A stretch of DNA of 64,000 bases from Actinomycetota bacterium (GTDB lineage: Bacteria; Actinomycetota; Acidimicrobiia; Acidimicrobiales; Ilumatobacteraceae): assembly GCA_027592035.1 (NCBI GenBank), contig JAQCIK010000004.1, forward strand, positions 46,509 to 110,508, given 5' to 3'. The notes beneath the pieces are model-generated. The model was not told the origin of the DNA. It searched no databases and saw only the letters and a program-made list of their open reading frames with translations. The translations under genes were made by a program, and so were the position numbers. Position 1 is the first letter of the stretch. Each line of letters opens with the position of its first letter. Positions 56,488 through 64,000 of the stretch are shown here, piece after piece.

Positions 56488-57219
56488 ATGGCGTCGGTCG
56501 ACGTGACCGATGTTCGGGTGGTGATTCCGACCTACGACGAGGCCGAGAACATCGAACCCCTCATCGGTCGGATCCGTGAGGTGTTGCCCGGAGTTCGCGT
56601 CCTGGTCGTCGACGACGCGAGTCCCGACGGCACCGCCGACGTGGCGCGTCGAGCCGGTGTCGAGGTTCTCGAACGGGTGGGAAAGAGCGGACTGGGTGCG
56701 GCGTACCGCGACGGATTCGCCCACGCCCTCGACAGCGGCGCCGAAATTGTCGTTCAGATGGATGCCGATCTGTCCCATGATCCCGACTACCTGGTCGAGA
56801 TGCTGTCGGCGGTTCGGGCCGGAGCCGACGCAGTGATCGGCAGTCGTTACGTGCCGGGAGGTGGATGTGTCGATTGGCCGAGGTTGCGACGCTTCCTCAG
56901 TCGGTGGGGAAATCGGTACGCGGCCGGAATGCTCGGACTCGCCGTCAACGACGCCACGAGCGGGTACCGCGCCTATTCGGCTTCGATTCTGCGACGGATC
57001 GACGTTCCCACGGTTCTCGCCGACGGATACGGCTTTCAGGTGGAGATGACGCACCGACTCGTGAGATGCGGAGGTCGAGTGGTCGAGATTCCGATCGTGT
57101 TTCGCGACCGCCAGCGCGGTGAGTCCAAGCTGTCGTATCGAATCATCGGGGAGGCGTTCCGGCTGGTGACTCTTCTCGCCATCGACGATCTGCGGCGTGG
57201 TCGCCGCCGTCATCTCTGA
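56488..57219 (+). CDS. Polyprenol-phosphate mannose synthase (GT2, Ppm1/DPM1-like)
   Basis: VRVVIPTYDEAENI...VVDDASPDGT...GLGAAYRDGF...MDADLSHDP. ATG at 56488 has GGGGGAG upstream. GTG at 56458 is an alternative. Confidence 0.85.
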   Translation: MASVDVTDVRVVIPTYDEAENIEPLIGRIREVLPGVRVLVVDDASPDGTADVARRAGVEVLERVGKSGLGAAYRDGFAHALDSGAEIVVQMDADLSHDPDYLVEMLSAVRAGADAVIGSRYVPGGGCVDWPRLRRFLSRWGNRYAAGMLGLAVNDATSGYRAYSASILRRIDVPTVLADGYGFQVEMTHRLVRCGGRVVEIPIVFRDRQRGESKLSYRIIGEAFRLVTLLAIDDLRRGRRRHL

Positions 57220-57221
57220 TC

Positions 57222-58607
57222 GTGTCGTCGCCGCAGATCCCGCTGAACACCGAAGTCACCGAGAATCGACCGCGAACCATCCTCCACGTCGACATGGACG
57301 CCTTCTACGTGTCGGTCGAACTGCGACGCCACCCCGAACTACGAGGCCGTCCGGTCGTGGTGGGAGGATCGGGTTCCCGAGGTGTCGTGGCCGCAGCGAA
57401 CTACGAAGCCCGTCGCTTTGGTGTCTTTTCTGCCATGCCCTCGTCACGTGCACGTCGACTGTGTCCGCAGGCGGTCTTCCTCCCCGGTGATCACGCGCTG
57501 TACGCCGAGGTCAGCCAGGACGTTCATCGCATCTTCGAGGACGTCACACCTCTCGTCGAACCGATCGCGCTCGACGAGGCCTTTCTCGATGTCACCGGGG
57601 CGCGTTCACTCTTCGGTGACGGAGAGACGATCGGGCATCTCGTTCGTCGGCGAGTGCTCGACGAACTCGATCTTGTCTGCTCGGTGGGTGTCGCCACCAG
57701 TAAGTTCGTCGCCAAATTGGCGTCGAAAGCGGCCAAGCCGTTGGTCACCGAACGCGGGGTGGAAGACGGCGCCGGTGTGCTGGTCGTCGAACCCGGCCGT
57801 GAGCGCGACTTCGTGTCACCTCTACCGGTGAAGGCACTCTGGGGTGTCGGACCGGCGACCCTCGAACGTCTCGAACGACTCGGGGTGAGAACCGTCGCCG
57901 ATCTCGCCGACCTTCCCTCGGCGGTACTCGAGCGCTCCGTCGGAGTCGCGCATGGTCGTCATCTGGCTGCGCTGGCTCGGGCCGAAGACGACCGGGACGT
58001 GATTCCGCACCGACCGATCAAGTCGATCGGCAACGAAGAAACGTTCGCACGCGACTTGGTGGCGGCCGACGAGATCCGTAGCGAGATCGTCCGCCTCGCC
58101 GATCACGTGGCCGGACGTTTGCGACGTCAGGGCCGTTCGGCGCGAACGGTCACGCTCAAGATTCGTTATTCGACGTTCGAGACGATCACTCGGTCGGTCA
58201 CACCGAGTCGAGCCGTGAACACCTCGCCGGGAATGATGTCCGCCCTCGATCCGATCATCGGCGACATCGCGCGAGGTTTGTCGTCGACGATCGGCATTCG
58301 CCTCCTCGGGGTCTCGGTATCTCAGCTCGTCGAACCTTCGTCGCAGATGACGTTGTTCGACGACCGAGCCGCGGGCAACGATGCGGCCGAGGACATCGAT
58401 GCGGTCGAGAACCGCTGGGAGCCGGCCAGCCGGGCGATCGATGCGATCCGTGAGCGATTCGGGAGTCGGGCGATCGGGCCGGCCGGTTCACTCGGACGAA
58501 ACGAACGTCACGAGGGGACACCCTGGGGACCCGAACGTCGTCCGGAGAGCTCGCCGGAACGTGACGTCGACTCGGGTGATGATCCACCGCGGGGTACTCG
58601 TCCGTAG
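57222..58607 (+). CDS. dinB: DNA polymerase IV (Y-family)
   Basis: ILHVDMDAFYVSVELRRHPELRGRPVVVGG...VVAAANYEARRFGV...SLDEAFLDV. GTG start 2 nt after the preceding stop. Confidence 0.9.
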   Translation: MSSPQIPLNTEVTENRPRTILHVDMDAFYVSVELRRHPELRGRPVVVGGSGSRGVVAAANYEARRFGVFSAMPSSRARRLCPQAVFLPGDHALYAEVSQDVHRIFEDVTPLVEPIALDEAFLDVTGARSLFGDGETIGHLVRRRVLDELDLVCSVGVATSKFVAKLASKAAKPLVTERGVEDGAGVLVVEPGRERDFVSPLPVKALWGVGPATLERLERLGVRTVADLADLPSAVLERSVGVAHGRHLAALARAEDDRDVIPHRPIKSIGNEETFARDLVAADEIRSEIVRLADHVAGRLRRQGRSARTVTLKIRYSTFETITRSVTPSRAVNTSPGMMSALDPIIGDIARGLSSTIGIRLLGVSVSQLVEPSSQMTLFDDRAAGNDAAEDIDAVENRWEPASRAIDAIRERFGSRAIGPAGSLGRNERHEGTPWGPERRPESSPERDVDSGDDPPRGTRP

Positions 58608-58620
58608 GGGGACGTTGCCA

Positions 58621-58661
58621 GGGTCGTGACGAGATCGTTGCCGGGGTCATGACGAGATCGT
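58621..58661 (+). repeat. Two 18-nt direct repeats (17/18 identical) 23 nt apart in the dinB-DUF3040 intergenic region
   Basis: gggtcGtgacgagatcgt (58621-58638) and gggtcAtgacgagatcgt (58644-58661). A weaker third unit follows near 58666. Confidence 0.8.
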
Positions 58662-58782
58662 CTCTGGGGTTCGATGACGCCGGTCACGACGTGTGTCGCG
58701 AGACCGTCGCGAACGTCGAGACGGTCTTCGCGTTGCCTCGGCCCGTACGATCTGGGACACTGGAGGGCGAGAGGAGGTTCCG

Positions 58783-59118
58783 ATGGGTCTGTCCGACGAC
58801 GAGCAGCGCATCTTGCGTCAGATCGAAGAAGAGCTCGAGAACGATACGAAGTTCGCGCAAGCCGTGTCCCCGTCGGGTCTTTACTCGCATTCGGCTCGCC
58901 TCGTGCGCTGGTCGGTCCTCGGCTTGGTGGTGTGCGTGGCTCTTCTGGTCCTTGCGCTACGCATCCATTTCTTGGTCTCGTTCGGAGTCTTCCTCGGCAT
59001 GTTGGTTCTGCTCGCCGTCATCGAACGAAATGCGCGGGCGATCGGCCGGGCCGGATTCCAGGACGTGGCGGGAGCCTTGCGCAAGGCGCGGGCGAGCGCG
59101 TCTCGCCGATTCGACTGA
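58783..59118 (+). CDS. DUF3040-like small membrane protein
   Basis: MGLSDDEQRILRQIEEELENDTKF, then two TM helices. GGAGG lies upstream of the ATG at 58783. The track start at 58693 is a probable over-extension. Confidence 0.7.
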   Translation: MGLSDDEQRILRQIEEELENDTKFAQAVSPSGLYSHSARLVRWSVLGLVVCVALLVLALRIHFLVSFGVFLGMLVLLAVIERNARAIGRAGFQDVAGALRKARASASRRFD

Positions 59119-59136
59119 CGTCGACGGACGCCGTCG

Positions 59137-60015
59137 ATGACAACGCCGGTCGGCGATCCGTCTCCGCGTAGCTACGTCGCTCTCGACATCGGCGGCACGA
59201 AACTCGCCGCCGCCATCGTGACCACGGAAGGTTCCATCGTGGTCTCGGACCGATTGCCCACCCCGGCCCGCGATCCGTGGGCGGCGGTTGCGGCGCTCGT
59301 CTCTCGGGTCGTGGCTGCCACACCGGATCTCCAGCCGATGGCACTCGGTGCCGGTTGTGGTGGACCGATGGCGCGAGGCGGTGACACCGTGTCGCCTTTG
59401 CACATACCGGCCTGGCGAGATTTCCCACTGCGTTCCGCCTTGGCCGATCTGGTGGGTGTTCCGGTCGCCGTCGACAACGACGCGAAGGCGCTGGCCCTCG
59501 GTGAAGGATGGCTCGGTGCTGCGAAGGGTCTGCGTGATTACATGGCCGTCGTCGTCGGAACCGGAGTCGGTGCCGGACTCGTGATCGACGGTCGGCTCGT
59601 CGATGGTCGATCCGGCAATGCCGGACACATCGGCCACCTGATCGTGGAAGAGGATGGTCTCGAATGTCGGTGCGGGGCCCACGGGTGTCTGGAGGCGTAC
59701 CTGTCGGGATCGGCGATCGAAGCACGAACCGGGCAGTCGGCTCGTCAGGCGTCGACGACCACCATCCTCGACGCCGGGCGGCGATTCGGCCGCGCGGTGG
59801 CCTCGGTGGCGGCTCTCACGAGTCTGGAACGGGTGGTCGTGGCCGGCAGCGTGGCGTGGGGCTGGGGTGACGAATTCTTCACTGCCGCTCGAGACGAGTT
59901 CGCCGCTCGAAGTCGCCTGTCGTTCACACAGACGATCGACATCGTCGCCGCCGGGCCCCGGGCCGGGTTGATCGGTGCGGCCGCCTTGGCCCGTCGCGCG
60001 GTCGGTGGCGACTAG
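59137..60015 (+). CDS. ROK family protein (sugar kinase type), second copy in the window
   Basis: YVALDIGGTKLAAAIV...DNDAKALALGE...GTGVGAG...GHIGH...CRCGAHGCLEAYLSG. Confidence 0.8.
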   Translation: MTTPVGDPSPRSYVALDIGGTKLAAAIVTTEGSIVVSDRLPTPARDPWAAVAALVSRVVAATPDLQPMALGAGCGGPMARGGDTVSPLHIPAWRDFPLRSALADLVGVPVAVDNDAKALALGEGWLGAAKGLRDYMAVVVGTGVGAGLVIDGRLVDGRSGNAGHIGHLIVEEDGLECRCGAHGCLEAYLSGSAIEARTGQSARQASTTTILDAGRRFGRAVASVAALTSLERVVVAGSVAWGWGDEFFTAARDEFAARSRLSFTQTIDIVAAGPRAGLIGAAALARRAVGGD

Positions 60016-60024
60016 TTTTCCGTC

Positions 60025-61257
60025 GTGGATCCTCGTTATTCGTCGGAAGCCGAATCGTTTCGCCGCCGAGTCGTCGCCTTCTTGTCCCAAGCCCTGCCGG
60101 CTGACTTTCCCGGTATCGGGCGGATGCCGGTCGACGAGGTGCGCCCGTGGGTGATGGAGTGGCGACGAGTCCTGCATGCCGAGAGGTACCTCGCACCGGG
60201 ATGGCCGGCCGAGTACGGCGGTGGAGGATTGTCGGCTCTCGAGCAGGTGATTCTGGCCGAAGAGTTCGCCAAGGCCGGAGTTCCGACCGGCGGGCCGAAC
60301 GACGGCTTCGGAATCACCATGCTCGGCAACACCTTGTTGCGGTGGGGAACTGACGAGCAGAAGTCGTACTACCTCCCGCGAATTCTCGCCAACGATGACA
60401 TCTGGTGTCAGGGTTACAGCGAACCGAACGCCGGGAGCGATCTCGGAAGTCTCGGGCTTCGTGCCGCTCTCGACGGCGACCAATGGGTCATGAACGGGCA
60501 GAAGATCTGGACGTCGGCCGGCCATCTCGCCGACCACATCTTCACCTTGGCGCGCACCGATCCCGACGCACCCAAACACAAGGGCATCTCATTTCTTCTG
60601 GTCGACATGCGCCAGCCGGGGATCGAGGTCCGACCGATCAAGATGATCAGCGGTGAGAGCGAGTTCAACGAGGTCTTCTACACCGATGCGACGTGTCCGA
60701 AGGATGCGGTCGTCGGAGGGGTGAACAACGGTTGGGCTGTCGCCATGACCTTGCTCGGCTACGAGCGCGGTGAGGGAGCGGCAACGGTGCCGGTTCGGTT
60801 CCAGGCCGAACTCGACCGCTTGTTGTTGCTCGCGCGCGAGTACGGCGTGGTCGACGATCCTCGCGTACGTCAGCGACTGGCGTGGGCTCATTCCAAGGTT
60901 CAGATCATGAGGTATTTGGGCCTGCGCACCCTCACGTCGTTCCTGGCCGGTCATCATCCCGGACCCGAGAGTGGAGCCTTCAAGCGTTACTGGAGCGAGT
61001 ACCACCAGTCCGTGACTGAGCTCGCTCTCGAGATCATGGGTGCGTCGTCACTCGTCGTCGAGGGGCGATTGCCGTCGAACGCGTTCCAGCCCGACGATCG
61101 CTCGGCACCCAACAGCTCGGCCAGTTGGATCGGAAGCTTTCTGAACGCTCGGGCCGGAACCATTTACGCCGGTTCGTCGCAGGTCCAGTCGAACATCATG
61201 GCCGAGATGGTGCTCGGACTTCCGAAAGAGCCCCAGGCCGCTCCGCTCCGATCATGA
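60025..61257 (+). CDS. Acyl-CoA dehydrogenase family protein
   Basis: YLAPGWPAEYGGGGLS...WCQGYSEPNAGSDL...GQKIWTS...ISFLLVDM...GG.NNGW. GTG start. Confidence 0.85.
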   Translation: MDPRYSSEAESFRRRVVAFLSQALPADFPGIGRMPVDEVRPWVMEWRRVLHAERYLAPGWPAEYGGGGLSALEQVILAEEFAKAGVPTGGPNDGFGITMLGNTLLRWGTDEQKSYYLPRILANDDIWCQGYSEPNAGSDLGSLGLRAALDGDQWVMNGQKIWTSAGHLADHIFTLARTDPDAPKHKGISFLLVDMRQPGIEVRPIKMISGESEFNEVFYTDATCPKDAVVGGVNNGWAVAMTLLGYERGEGAATVPVRFQAELDRLLLLAREYGVVDDPRVRQRLAWAHSKVQIMRYLGLRTLTSFLAGHHPGPESGAFKRYWSEYHQSVTELALEIMGASSLVVEGRLPSNAFQPDDRSAPNSSASWIGSFLNARAGTIYAGSSQVQSNIMAEMVLGLPKEPQAAPLRS

Positions 61258-61502
61258 GGGCACGGGAGTTCATCCGTATCGCTGCGGCCATTTTGCGTCG
61301 GCCGTCGCTGTGGTGGACGGCCGTCGTCGTCGCTCGGCGAGTCGTGCCGCGTCGATGGTGGGCGCACCGACCGTTCCTGCCCGTCCCGCCACGCGATTAC
61401 GTGCGCTTCCGCAAAGAAACTCACTACGGGGATCCGCTGGCGCCGTTCGAGGTCGACGATGTGCTGAAATATCTCCTGTGGGTACGAGCATGGAATCCAT
61501 GA
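61254..61502 (+). CDS. Hypothetical small protein (82 aa)
   Basis: ATGA overlap with the acyl-CoA dehydrogenase stop. MRAREFIRIAAAILRRPSLWWTAVVVARRVVPRRWW... is Trp/Arg-rich, so coding status is uncertain. Confidence 0.4.
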   Translation: MRAREFIRIAAAILRRPSLWWTAVVVARRVVPRRWWAHRPFLPVPPRDYVRFRKETHYGDPLAPFEVDDVLKYLLWVRAWNP

Positions 61503-61534
61503 GTCGATTCGGGCGGCGACGGAGGCCCTGATCC

Positions 61535-62032
61535 ATGAGAAGCGCGCTCGTTCTCAATGCCACCTACGAGCCGCTCAGCGTCGTTCCGTGCCGACGGGCT
61601 GCGTGTCTGGTCCTGACCGACAAAGCCGAAGTCGTCGAACACGACGGCACCTACCTGCGTTCCGAGTCGCTCGCGGTCCCCAATCCGCTCGTCATCCGAT
61701 TGCGATACGTGGTGAAGGTTCCGTATCACCGTCGTACTGCTCTGTCGCGACGGGCCATCTTCGCCCGCGACGAACATCGTTGTCAGTACTGCGGTGGAGC
61801 GGCCGACTCGATCGATCACGTCATGCCTCGTTCACGTGGGGGACTTCACGACTGGGAGAACGTGGCAGCGGCGTGTCGTCGCTGCAATCTCGACAAACGT
61901 GACCGAACGCCCGACGAGGCCGGCATGCGTCTCGCTCGTGCACCACGCGCTCCGCGCGAACTCACGTGGGTCACGATCTCGGTGGGGCGAGTTCCCGAGG
62001 TTTGGAAGCCCTACCTGGCGCGCGCGTCGTAG
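61535..62032 (+). CDS. HNH endonuclease family protein
   Basis: HRCQYCGG...DHVMPRSRGG...NVAAACRRCNLDK, an HNH motif with Zn-binding Cys pairs. Confidence 0.85.
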   Translation: MRSALVLNATYEPLSVVPCRRAACLVLTDKAEVVEHDGTYLRSESLAVPNPLVIRLRYVVKVPYHRRTALSRRAIFARDEHRCQYCGGAADSIDHVMPRSRGGLHDWENVAAACRRCNLDKRDRTPDEAGMRLARAPRAPRELTWVTISVGRVPEVWKPYLARAS

Positions 62033-62034
62033 TC

Positions 62035-62712
62035 GTGGTCGACGTTCTCGTCGTCACCGACGGTGACGCAGCCTCGTTTCATGGTCGGCCCCTACCCGAC
62101 GACGGTCGACCACACGTGTGGTGGTTCCAGCCGGTCGTTCCGGCGGTCGTTCTCGGATCGACTCAGGATCGCGACATCGTCGACCTCGAGGAGTGCTCAC
62201 GTCGAGGGATCGACGTCGTGACTCGTCGAAGTGGCGGCGGGATCGTGATCGTCGGTCCCGATCTCACGCTCTGGGTCGATGTGTTGGTTCCTCGGCATCA
62301 TCGACTCTGGGACGACGACATCGGGCGTGCGACGTGGTGGCTCGGTGACGTGTGGGCCGAGGCTCTGGCCGACGTCGAGATCGCGGGTGACGTTCATCGC
62401 GGGCCGATGCAAGCCACGGATCTGTCACGACTGGTGTGTTTCGCCGGGCGAGGGCCGGGCGAGGTGGTCGTGTCGACACCGAACTCGGCGGCATCCAAAG
62501 CGGTGGGGATCAGTCAGCGACGCACTCGCGAGTGGGCCCGATTCCAATGTGCGTTGAGTCTTCGTTGGGACGCCGATCTTCATCGGAGAGTGGTGAGGAC
62601 GGATTCCTTCGACCCGTCAGCACTCGAACACTTGGGCACCGATCTCGATCTCGATCCGTCGGTGTTCGGACGGCACGTGGTCGCTCGACTCGTCGATCGA
62701 CTCGGCGGGTGA
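62035..62712 (+). CDS. Biotin/lipoate A/B protein ligase family protein (LplA/LipM-like)
   Basis: VVTRRSGGGIVIVGPD (the RRxSGGG motif)...SKAVGISQRR (lysine motif). GTG at 62035, 2 nt after the HNH stop. The track start at 61966 overlaps the HNH gene. Confidence 0.65.
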   Translation: MVDVLVVTDGDAASFHGRPLPDDGRPHVWWFQPVVPAVVLGSTQDRDIVDLEECSRRGIDVVTRRSGGGIVIVGPDLTLWVDVLVPRHHRLWDDDIGRATWWLGDVWAEALADVEIAGDVHRGPMQATDLSRLVCFAGRGPGEVVVSTPNSAASKAVGISQRRTREWARFQCALSLRWDADLHRRVVRTDSFDPSALEHLGTDLDLDPSVFGRHVVARLVDRLGG

Positions 62713-62713
62713 A

Positions 62714-64000
62714 TCATTCCCCCGACGGTTGGGGGAGGAGCTCGGTGGCCTTGCAGGCGTCGATCGACTTGACCATGGCGTAGGGATTGACGGCCGATCC
62801 ACCGTGGGGGTGATACTCGAAGTGCAGGTGGGGAGTGGAACTGTTGCCGGTCGACCCGACGTATCCGATGATCTGGCCGGCCACGACCTCGGATCCGAGA
62901 TCGATTCCGGGAGCGAATTCGGACAGGTGGGCGTAGTGGAAGTACGTGTCATCGTCGGCGGTCAGTCGTAGGGCATTCCCGCCGAGTGAGCCGGGCTTAT
63001 CGAACCATTGGCGAGTGATCATGCCGTCGGTGACGGCGTAGATGGCCTTGCCGGTGGGGGCGATGATGTCGACACCGACGTGGCGACGTCCTCCCGAGCG
63101 CGGTGCATGCCAGGTGTCGGTGAACCAACACGGTCCTTGGACGGGGAACACCGAGGCACGCGTCGGTTCGGCGCTCGATGACGTGCTCGGTGACGTGCTC
63201 GGTGACGTGCTCGATGACGGGCTCGATGACGAGGCATCCGCGTTCGGGCTCGTCGGCCCGACCTTCTCGCCGTCGAGAAGGCTGAAGAAGGTCACGAGAT
63301 CGAGTCGTCCCGACGCCGTGATGCCGAGGCGCGATTGGTACGTGGTGATCGCGGTCTCGGTGGCCGATCCGAAGATGCCGTCGGCTCCGCCGCGGAGGGT
63401 CACGCCAGCGGCGAGGAGAGCACGTTGCACGGTCGCGACCTCGTCACTTCGGTCTCCACGGCGGGGGATCGCTGGTGCAGGAAGGAGGCCGAGAAGTTGG
63501 GCGGTCTTTTCGTCGACTTCACCCGTCGCCGGTCGCCGAACGTTGCGTTGGTAGAACTTCACGGCGTTCTCGGTGGCCGATCCGAAGATGCCGTCGGCTC
63601 CGCCGCGAACGGTCACGCCAGCGGCGAGAAGAGCACGTTGCACCACGGCGACCGATTCGCTGGTGTCGCCACGTCGGGGCAGTGTCATCGGAGCGGTGGC
63701 GGATTCGACGAGTTCGGCCTGCACGCGGTCCGAAGCGGGAGCAGAGCTCGCCGATGTGTCGGAGGGAATCGTCGGCTGTTCCTGTGACGCGAGGCCGAGT
63801 GCGATGGCGGTTCGGGTGTCGATCCGACCACTGACGTCGAGATTCGCCCGTTGCTGGAAACGGGCGACGGCATCGCTCGTCGCCGGACCGAAGATTCCGT
63901 CGGCCCCACCTCGCAGCGAGATTCCGGCGTCGAGCAGGGCGCGCTGAGCGTGGGCGACCTCGTTGCCACGATCACCGCGAGCGGGGAAGTCGGGTGCCGG
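62714..64000 (-). CDS. M23 metallopeptidase with at least three N-terminal peptidoglycan-binding (PG_binding_1) modules, partial; N-terminus lies beyond the right edge
   Basis: HVGVDI...HLHFEYH are M23 motifs. There are two modules GD.S..V..VQRALLAAGVT.RGGADGIFGSATE.A. My translation upstream of the track start (GTG 63724) stays open in frame to nt 64000 and contains a third module (GDRGNEVAHAQRALLDAGISLRGGADGIFGPATSDAV). Confidence 0.85.
   Translation of the reverse strand, partial: PAPDFPARGDRGNEVAHAQRALLDAGISLRGGADGIFGPATSDAVARFQQRANLDVSGRIDTRTAIALGLASQEQPTIPSDTSASSAPASDRVQAELVESATAPMTLPRRGDTSESVAVVQRALLAAGVTVRGGADGIFGSATENAVKFYQRNVRRPATGEVDEKTAQLLGLLPAPAIPRRGDRSDEVATVQRALLAAGVTLRGGADGIFGSATETAITTYQSRLGITASGRLDLVTFFSLLDGEKVGPTSPNADASSSSPSSSTSPSTSPSTSSSAEPTRASVFPVQGPCWFTDTWHAPRSGGRRHVGVDIIAPTGKAIYAVTDGMITRQWFDKPGSLGGNALRLTADDDTYFHYAHLSEFAPGIDLGSEVVAGQIIGYVGSTGNSSTPHLHFEYHPHGGSAVNPYAMVKSIDACKATELLPQPSGE
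63173..63232 (-). repeat. Five 12-nt tandem units encoding the (S/P)STS linker of the M23 peptidase
   Basis: Plus strand: gctcgatgacgt gctcggtgacgt gctcggtgacgt gctcgatgacgg gctcgatgacga. The minus frame gives SSSSPSSSTSPSTSPSTSSS. Confidence 0.85.

Noticed and set aside
56158-57213. 350-aa N-terminal extension of the IMPase ORF (track 55357..57213)
   Set aside because: The extension is antisense to the mannose synthase gene and overlaps the small membrane gene. IMPase similarity begins at the ATG at 56157.
57150-57230. LexA/SOS box upstream of dinB
   Set aside because: dinB starts 2 nt after the preceding gene. I found no GAAC-N4-GTTC type palindrome there or in the nearby upstream region.
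61535-62032. HNH endonuclease as a homing or restriction element
   Set aside because: There is no intron/intein context, no methyltransferase, no flanking repeats and no compositional anomaly visible.

Overview
This is a high-GC, densely coding, actinobacterial-type chromosome segment with about 68 protein genes and 2 tRNAs. I saw no rRNA, CRISPR array, transposase, integrase or phage genes.

Layout:
- Centre (16.8-37.0 kb, plus strand): a housekeeping block, tig-clpP-clpX-folC-ndk-mreB-mreC-mreD-PBP2-rodA-radical SAM (TIGR03960-like)-DUF2344-like-RNase E/G-rplU-rpmA-[HD-domain dGTPase-like gene on the opposite strand]-obg-proB.
- Left flank (1-16.7 kb): accessory metabolism (F420/LLM oxidoreductase, Rieske oxygenase, crotonase, tandem NTF2-like protein, D-aminoacylase, TetR). 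It also holds a LysM-NlpC/P60 hydrolase, two lipoproteins, tRNA-Gly, a ppa-dedA-2OG oxygenase-SDR-gpx block, tRNA-Pro, and a hybrid histidine kinase with a REC-EAL partner.
- Right flank (37-64 kb): murJ; a coupled MoxR/VWA(CoxE-like)/histidine phosphatase/GMC oxidoreductase operon; queG; a GT4 glycosyltransferase; two ROK kinases; an aminotransferase; glpK; pfkA; an MtrA/MtrB-like pair with a short GerMN lipoprotein; an IMPase; a polyprenol-P-mannose synthase; dinB; an acyl-CoA dehydrogenase; an HNH endonuclease; and an M23 peptidase that runs off the right edge.

I found no clear defence or mobile system. The items most worth a second look are:
- the four-gene MoxR-VWA-phosphatase-GMC operon;
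- the radical SAM/DUF2344-like pair running into rne;
- a 24-codon poly-Thr, roughly 100-aa low-complexity insert in MreC;
- four separate in-frame 12-nt tandem repeats inside coding genes;
- a perfect 44-bp tandem duplication across a stop codon;
- tRNA-Gly 3'-end fragments repeated downstream of the tRNA;
- a mini-LpqB after the MtrAB-like pair.

Limits: all function calls rest on motifs I recognised in the translations, and no searches were run. Start codons are inferred. Coordinates of non-ORF features may be off by 1-2 nt.
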